A stretch of DNA of 63,124 nucleotides, taken from NCBI GenBank assembly GCA_038256565.1, contig JBBSKG010000001.1, positions 1 to 63,124 on the forward strand. Reading direction: 5' to 3'. This stretch comes from Acidimicrobiales bacterium (GTDB lineage: Bacteria > Actinomycetota > Acidimicrobiia > Acidimicrobiales > CADCSY01). Below the pieces are notes generated by a model. That model ran no database searches and was not told the DNA's origin. It saw only the letters and a program-made list of their open reading frames with translations. Numbering within the stretch: position 1 is the stretch's first letter; every line of letters begins with the position of its first letter. Shown here piece after piece: positions 59,023-63,124 of the stretch. The translations under genes were made by a program, and so were the position numbers.

Positions 59023-59249
59023 CTTTTGTATTTGGGTCGGGCAGACATTGCATGGACAATCACGGGGCCTTCGTTGGCAACCACGACACCTATCTAAAAA
59101 AGATTGCCAGCGTGGTCTGGTCCAACGATCATGACCATGCCTTCTTCAAGGTCTTCGGCACGTACGGGGTTATTGAACGCATGAAAAATAGTCACATCGC
59201 CCACTCCGTGCTTACGAGCGCTAGGGGCTATGACTGGCTCCACATACAC
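59019..59249 (-). pseudogene. small toxin-like ORF interrupted by an in-frame TAG
   Basis: The minus-strand frame reads VYVEPVIAPSARKHGVGDVTIFHAFNNPVRAEDLEEGMVMIVGPDHAGNLF*IGVVVANEGPVIVHAMSARPKYKR*. The internal TAG is at 59094-59096, and the same frame continues to the TGA at 59019. Confidence 0.5.
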
Positions 59250-59368
59250 AAGTTACCTTGTCTTTATTAATAATGCAAGTTAACTTGTGTCAACAACTTC
59301 TTATTCGGTGGCCCAATTCATCAAAGCTTGCAACAGCGATTACTAAACTCAGTCTGTATTATATGTGT

Positions 59369-59625
59369 ATGGCTCGTCGAAATATCAGTCTCCCAGATGA
59401 GCTTGATGATCTCGCTCGAAGAGCACACCTGAATGTTCCGCACTGACTCAGCGTGCCGTCGCTCAAAAACTTGACCGCCAGTCAAGAATGGTGCGACTCG
59501 ACATGTGGCTAGATGAACTCGATGCCAACGAGGGTGCCCCATCGGTAAAGGCCATGGCCGCCGCGCTGGACTGGTTCGCGTCTACCCGCGATGGGCTGAC
59601 CATTAAAGAGCATAAGAACCGATGA
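59369..59625 (+). pseudogene. frameshifted RHH/CcdA-like antitoxin gene
   Basis: MARRNISLPDELDDLARRAHLNV runs into a stop at 59444. The expected continuation SALTQRAVAQKLDRQSRMVRLDMWLDELDANEG...KNR* is in another frame and ends at 59625. Confidence 0.5.
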
Positions 59626-60137
59626 TGTCGGCTAGAAAAAACCTTCCACTGCTCATTGGTGTTGTCTTCATGCTCAGCTCACTCGGGTGCGTTGACGATC
59701 CAACGAACGTATCATTGCCTGACGATCGCAAGACAGCTTTGCCTGTTGTCGAAGCGTATTTACGGACTCTGTCACAGGGTGATCCAGATGCCTCGTTTGG
59801 GGCTGCTGGTGGAATATCGCCAGCCTCCGGCGACAAAGATGATCGCCTCATGGCAGATGCCATCAAGAAATACAGGAACATCGACTTCACTCGAGCAAAA
59901 ATCACCATCGTCGAAGGGACCACGCCCTGGATTCCAATCGCACTGGTCGAAGTTCAGAGCGATGAACAACCCCCCTCGGAATGGATGGTGAATCTCTATT
60001 GGGACGATGAGGGTAACAACTGGATTATAAGTGAGATGCGCGAGATGGGTAATTCGGGTCCTAGGCCGCCAGTGTCTGGTCCCACCTATACGGGCCCTGA
60101 TCCCACCGTGAAGGGCCCCAATTATCGAGACCCGTAG
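59622..60137 (+). CDS. hypothetical lipoprotein
   Basis: Signal peptide with lipobox LSSLGC. 171 aa. Confidence 0.6.
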   Translation: MMSARKNLPLLIGVVFMLSSLGCVDDPTNVSLPDDRKTALPVVEAYLRTLSQGDPDASFGAAGGISPASGDKDDRLMADAIKKYRNIDFTRAKITIVEGTTPWIPIALVEVQSDEQPPSEWMVNLYWDDEGNNWIISEMREMGNSGPRPPVSGPTYTGPDPTVKGPNYRDP

Positions 60138-60160
60138 TCGTGCGTATCCGCACGACTACG
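60133..60160 (+). terminator. perfect 12-bp stem hairpin overlapping the lipoprotein stop (no U-tract)
   Basis: CGTAGTCGTGCG-tatc-CGCACGACTACG. Confidence 0.3.
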
Positions 60161-60372
60161 GGTTCACCAACCAGCGCCGCGCTTTATCATCATCACGTTC
60201 CTTTCGGGACACACATCCGCCTACGGATCAGAAGATTAGGGGTTCGAATCCCGCCGAGCGCGCTAGTTCGCCCTGGTCATCAGGTTCATGACCTGAGCTT
60301 CGGCTCGCTGTGGACCCCTCTTGGTAATCCGTTGGCAATCCCGCGCAGCCTGCGAGCATCGTTACGCTTGAT

Positions 60373-60522
60373 ATGGCGTTCGACCGTGTTCTGAGCGTTC
60401 GGGGCATCGACCTCGGGCGGACTGAGTGGCTCAAGGCACTCGGCGAAGGGCTCTTTGAGTTTCGGGTCCGCCACGACAGCAACGGGAGATCAGGCTGTCG
60501 CTCCTGGGCGGTAGCCTATTGA
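60373..60522 (+). pseudogene. possible truncated Gp49/HigB-like toxin fragment
   Basis: The 49-codon ORF MAFDRVLSVRGIDLGRTEWLKALGEGLFEFRVRHDSN... resembles the central (L/K)xLGxGLxExR block of that family, but it lacks both ends. Confidence 0.2.
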
Positions 60523-60592
60523 CCAGGCATGAGATTGCCATGTGCTCAAGATCGACTGAGGAAAGACCGATGTGTATACTGAAGCCAATCCT

Positions 60593-60635
60593 CCCCGCCT
60601 TTCGGGCTCTGCCCGGAATGGCGGGGTTTATTTTT
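60593..60635 (+). terminator. strong intrinsic terminator with no obvious upstream gene
   Basis: CCCCGCC-tt-CGGGC-tct-GCCCG-gaat-GGCGGGG followed by TTTATTTTT. Confidence 0.55.
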
Positions 60636-60679
60636 CTCCAGACTACAAAGCCCAGGCCTCGCCACCTTGGGGAAGTCCG

Positions 60680-61003
60680 ATGACCCGGGTTGCGGTGTTC
60701 ATCGACTACCAGAACGCCTACATGCGTGCTCGCTAGTCATTCGGCAATCCACGGAGCAACCCGTACACCTTCGGACAGTTGCATCCCCTGCTCCTCGGGA
60801 CCCTCTTGAACACGAAGGGGCTGGGAGTCGACCCGGCTCGGGAGCTGGAGCAAGTGCGTGTCTACCGGGGCGAGCCCGATGCCAAGCGCAGTCGCTCCGG
60901 CCAGGCTGCATGTCAGCGGCAGGTGTCTCTCTGGGCAGCGCAGGACCGAGTGTTTCCATGCACCCGACCGCTGCATTACCGCCCGACCACATGGGACGAC
61001 TGA
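60680..61003 (+). pseudogene. NYN/LabA-like domain gene remnant with in-frame TAG and truncated C-terminus
   Basis: MTRVAVFIDYQNAYMRAR*SFGNP...VDPARELEQVRVYRGEPDAKRSRSGQAACQRQVSLWAAQDRV...RPLHYRP. TAG at 60734-60736. The downstream sequence no longer reads as NYN. Confidence 0.5.
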
Positions 61004-61401
61004 GGTTACGTTCAAGGGAGTGTACCCCGGCCGCTTCATACGGCAGGTGTTGTCAATGATGGCAACAGTCAGCGCCGGTTCGCAGCTCACGACGAAGTAC
61101 CCGGTGATCCGCGACCTCGTGCTCGGAGGTGCCCCACGGCCCCTGCCTGAACCGCTTCGGCTCGAGTTCTTGCTGTACGGGCACAATGTTTCTCGTATCG
61201 TTGGCGGGCCGGAGGGCCAGGTCTGGTACAAGGTCGCCGAGCGCACGCTTCGCCGGGTTCTCGCCATCGACTTCCAGCCGCTTGCCTTCGTGCTCACGGT
61301 TTACGGCCAGCTGCGAACGTCGGAGTCGACATCACCTCATTCGCCGAAGTGCCCATCGACGAGAAACAGAATGTCACCTTCGAGGATCTCGCCGTCGGCG
61401 A

Positions 61402-61854
61402 CTAGTTCTCTGATGACGAGTTCTCTGATGATGAGGATGAGCCTCGAAGGTCAGACATTGCTGACCAGAGTTCGCTTGCCACGGGGGGACCTACGAAAGA
61501 TGCGCGGACGACGCCTTGGGCGTCTGCGATGACCATTGTGGGCACCGCGTCAATGTCGTAGCGGCGATGTAGCTCAGGTTCTGTAGTCACTTCGAGTTCA
61601 ACTACCGCCACCTCGGCACAAGCCATAACTTCAGCCTTTGCGACTGTTCCAGAACACGCGTCACAAGTTTGTGAGGTGAAGATAGCGACCAACCATGGGG
61701 TTTCGGGTTGGGGGAAATCTGCCCGATCAATCTGTGAAGGTACCGACCATCGAGCCTGTGTGGGCGGGTCTGGTCGACGACGCTGAACCACGAATGACCC
61801 CGCAACCGCACCAGCAATCACAAGCACGACCACTACGAGGCGTTCAACCTCCAC
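61402..61854 (-). CDS. membrane-anchored thioredoxin-fold protein
   Basis: N-terminal TM helix, then LVAIFTSQTCDACS (CxxC) and VPTMVIA, typical of the thioredoxin fold. Confidence 0.55.
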   Translation of the reverse strand: MEVERLVVVVLVIAGAVAGSFVVQRRRPDPPTQARWSVPSQIDRADFPQPETPWLVAIFTSQTCDACSGTVAKAEVMACAEVAVVELEVTTEPELHRRYDIDAVPTMVIADAQGVVRASFVGPPVASELWSAMSDLRGSSSSSENSSSEN

Positions 61855-63124
61855 TACGTACCCCTGGGTTGGGAATGCCCATCACCCAAGTTGCGCCACC
61901 TGTGCCAGTCGAAGACATACCTCGCTCCACAACAACTGGCTGCGATGCCTCAACTATCAGTGGCACCTTATCCAGACGAGTCACCTCAAGAAGTCCGATG
62001 GTAAGCCGACCAGCTGGCTTCAACTCTTTGTTCTGCAGGGTGCCCAACTCTGATTTTACGCCATCGACGAGAGCAAACACAGAAAAACGAACAGTGCCTA
62101 TGCCAGGGTTTTGCACCACGATTCCCCCATGAACAGCGTCTGATGACTCAGTGACCGGAAATACCCACTTCGTCGCTGCCCGAGGTGACCCAAGCATCGA
62201 AGACCAACCACGCGGCGGGGTGGGAGAAAGTCCATTTACTTCACGCTCCACCACCACGCCCACTCCATTAAGCGATCGAACCTGGACCGAATAATTTGCC
62301 CCCACGGGCACACGAGCTTGCTCGGCAGAGTCAATGGTTGTCCGCGACTCTGGCGGTATCACAAGGTCTACAGGTTCGGGCAACAGGGCGGGGTCATCAG
62401 GGGTGATCTCAATGCTCACCTCAGCCTCACTGCCATTGGGGTTATATATATGCCAGCGCTCCGTTGTGGAGGCATCGTAATAACCCCTTGGGAACATCCA
62501 AAGTGTGGACACCACAGGAGAGGCAGAAATAAGCGATAGGCCCACCCGATTGGCAGTGCCGTCAAAGCTCTGTAAGCGCTCCACCACAACTTGTCCGGTG
62601 CGAGCCTTAACCGATGTAGATGTCAGATCTCTCCGTCGCTCACCCAGATCGATTGCCTTCATAGACACAGGCGGAATCGGCAAGCCCTGCAAAGAAGCGG
62701 GCGCGTCATTGCCTTCATTTGTTGCAAAGGTGATATCAACGACCGCATCTGCCGGGAAGGGATTGAAGACCATCAAAAACTGCGAAGCATCCCGAGCTGT
62801 TGAACCGTTAGCGAGATACCAGGTACTGGACGGTTCGGACGCACAAGGAGCAACGTTGGCACCCCTTGGCCCAGTAACAAGGTGCTCAACTGCAACGTCG
62901 CCGCCATCAAGTTCAACCATGGCTGACACGTAAGGACCGGCGACTTCAGGTGGAACTGGAGTAATAACGGATTGATAGCTCTTGATCTCAACGTTGGTTA
63001 CAACCGGCGTTCCCTCACTGGGATACCAAGTAATACTGCCTATTCGCACAAATTCGCCAACATTTGCCACAGCGACAGAAAGGTCCGCCACTCCACCATC
63101 GTTTGTTGTGCCGCCTACGCAATA
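61844..63124 (-). CDS. secreted beta-rich protein, DUF5719-like (possibly 5'-partial)
   Basis: The ORF is open to the window end. The track start at 63091 is a GTG. Repetitive beta-sandwich-like composition. The family call is tentative. Confidence 0.45.
   Translation of the reverse strand, partial: YCVGGTTNDGGVADLSVAVANVGEFVRIGSITWYPSEGTPVVTNVEIKSYQSVITPVPPEVAGPYVSAMVELDGGDVAVEHLVTGPRGANVAPCASEPSSTWYLANGSTARDASQFLMVFNPFPADAVVDITFATNEGNDAPASLQGLPIPPVSMKAIDLGERRRDLTSTSVKARTGQVVVERLQSFDGTANRVGLSLISASPVVSTLWMFPRGYYDASTTERWHIYNPNGSEAEVSIEITPDDPALLPEPVDLVIPPESRTTIDSAEQARVPVGANYSVQVRSLNGVGVVVEREVNGLSPTPPRGWSSMLGSPRAATKWVFPVTESSDAVHGGIVVQNPGIGTVRFSVFALVDGVKSELGTLQNKELKPAGRLTIGLLEVTRLDKVPLIVEASQPVVVERGMSSTGTGGATWVMGIPNPGVRSGG

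Noticed and set aside
60179-60262. A complete tRNA gene
   Set aside because: Only the T-loop and acceptor-like 3' part is recognisable. The T-stem pairs at just 3 of 5 positions, there is no D-arm with GG, and no proper 7-nt anticodon loop. It is recorded only as a scrap.
59094-60736. TAG recoding (e.g. pyrrolysine or read-through) as the explanation for the two in-frame TAGs at 59094-59096 and 60734-60736
   Set aside because: TAG serves as an ordinary terminator for well-conserved genes here (NMO at 15141-15143, the response regulator at 44722-44724). No pyl genes are present. Both affected genes sit in a region full of other lesions, so they are pseudogenes.
60737-61297. 186-aa minus-strand ORF and 224-aa plus-strand ORF (60858-61532) as real genes
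   Set aside because: They overlap each other and the NYN remnant. They are Arg/Ser/Pro-rich and lie in a ~60-70% GC patch where long shadow ORFs are expected. No family-like motifs are seen.
1-63124. CRISPR arrays, insertion sequences, integrons, prophage structural genes
   Set aside because: The window has no regularly spaced short repeats with unique spacers. It has no transposase or integrase ORFs and no phage capsid, tail or terminase-like proteins. The only interspersed repeat is the 100-nt element, whose copies are kilobases apart.

Overview
This 63-kb window is actinobacterial-type chromosomal DNA, probably from an Acidimicrobiia-like or other mid-GC actinobacterium. That placement is inferred from gene content: the mec-cysO-cysM cluster, a DUF3499 gene, the murI-MBL-rph-rdgB block, a long-form HPF and leaderless-type promoters. 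The window is almost entirely coding.

Gene content, left to right:
- 1-11.3 kb, noticeably more GC-rich: a urea-utilisation operon (urtABCDE, a fused ureAB and the start of ureC), an FAD-oxidoreductase/DUF1365/cyclopropane-fatty-acid-synthase cluster, and an SRPBCC+SDR pair.
- 11.5-32 kb, housekeeping: a coiled-coil M15 peptidase, an MFS transporter, nitronate monooxygenase, an rRNA methyltransferase, rpe, a RecB-nuclease/SF1-helicase giant, mazEF, clpP, tRNA-Leu, a GGDEF-EAL sensor, rdgB, rph, murI, an ECF sigma/anti-sigma pair, cysM-cysO-mec and smpB.
- 32.5-35.2 kb: tmRNA followed by a two-gene Fic+RhuM islet.
- 35.2-58.5 kb: an M23 peptidase with ftsEX, a second GGDEF-EAL protein, prfB, secA, a LuxR-type response regulator, hpf, comF, ahcY, the pmi/trm112/manB block, a GT2 glycosyltransferase plus a large membrane protein, and ftsH.
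- 58.5-61.4 kb: a decaying accessory patch with a nonsense-mutated toxin-like gene, a frameshifted RHH antitoxin, an NYN pseudogene, a tRNA-like scrap and an orphan terminator.

The most unusual signal is a family of five near-identical ~100-nt elements at 22.1, 40.6, 44.6, 46.4 and 47.2 kb. Each has 28-nt inverted arms around a conserved core, occurs in either orientation, and lies strictly in intergenic DNA. I do not recognise it as any named RNA or repeat family. It looks like a MITE/REP-like element or a structured RNA or terminator module.

No CRISPR array, integrase or transposase is visible.
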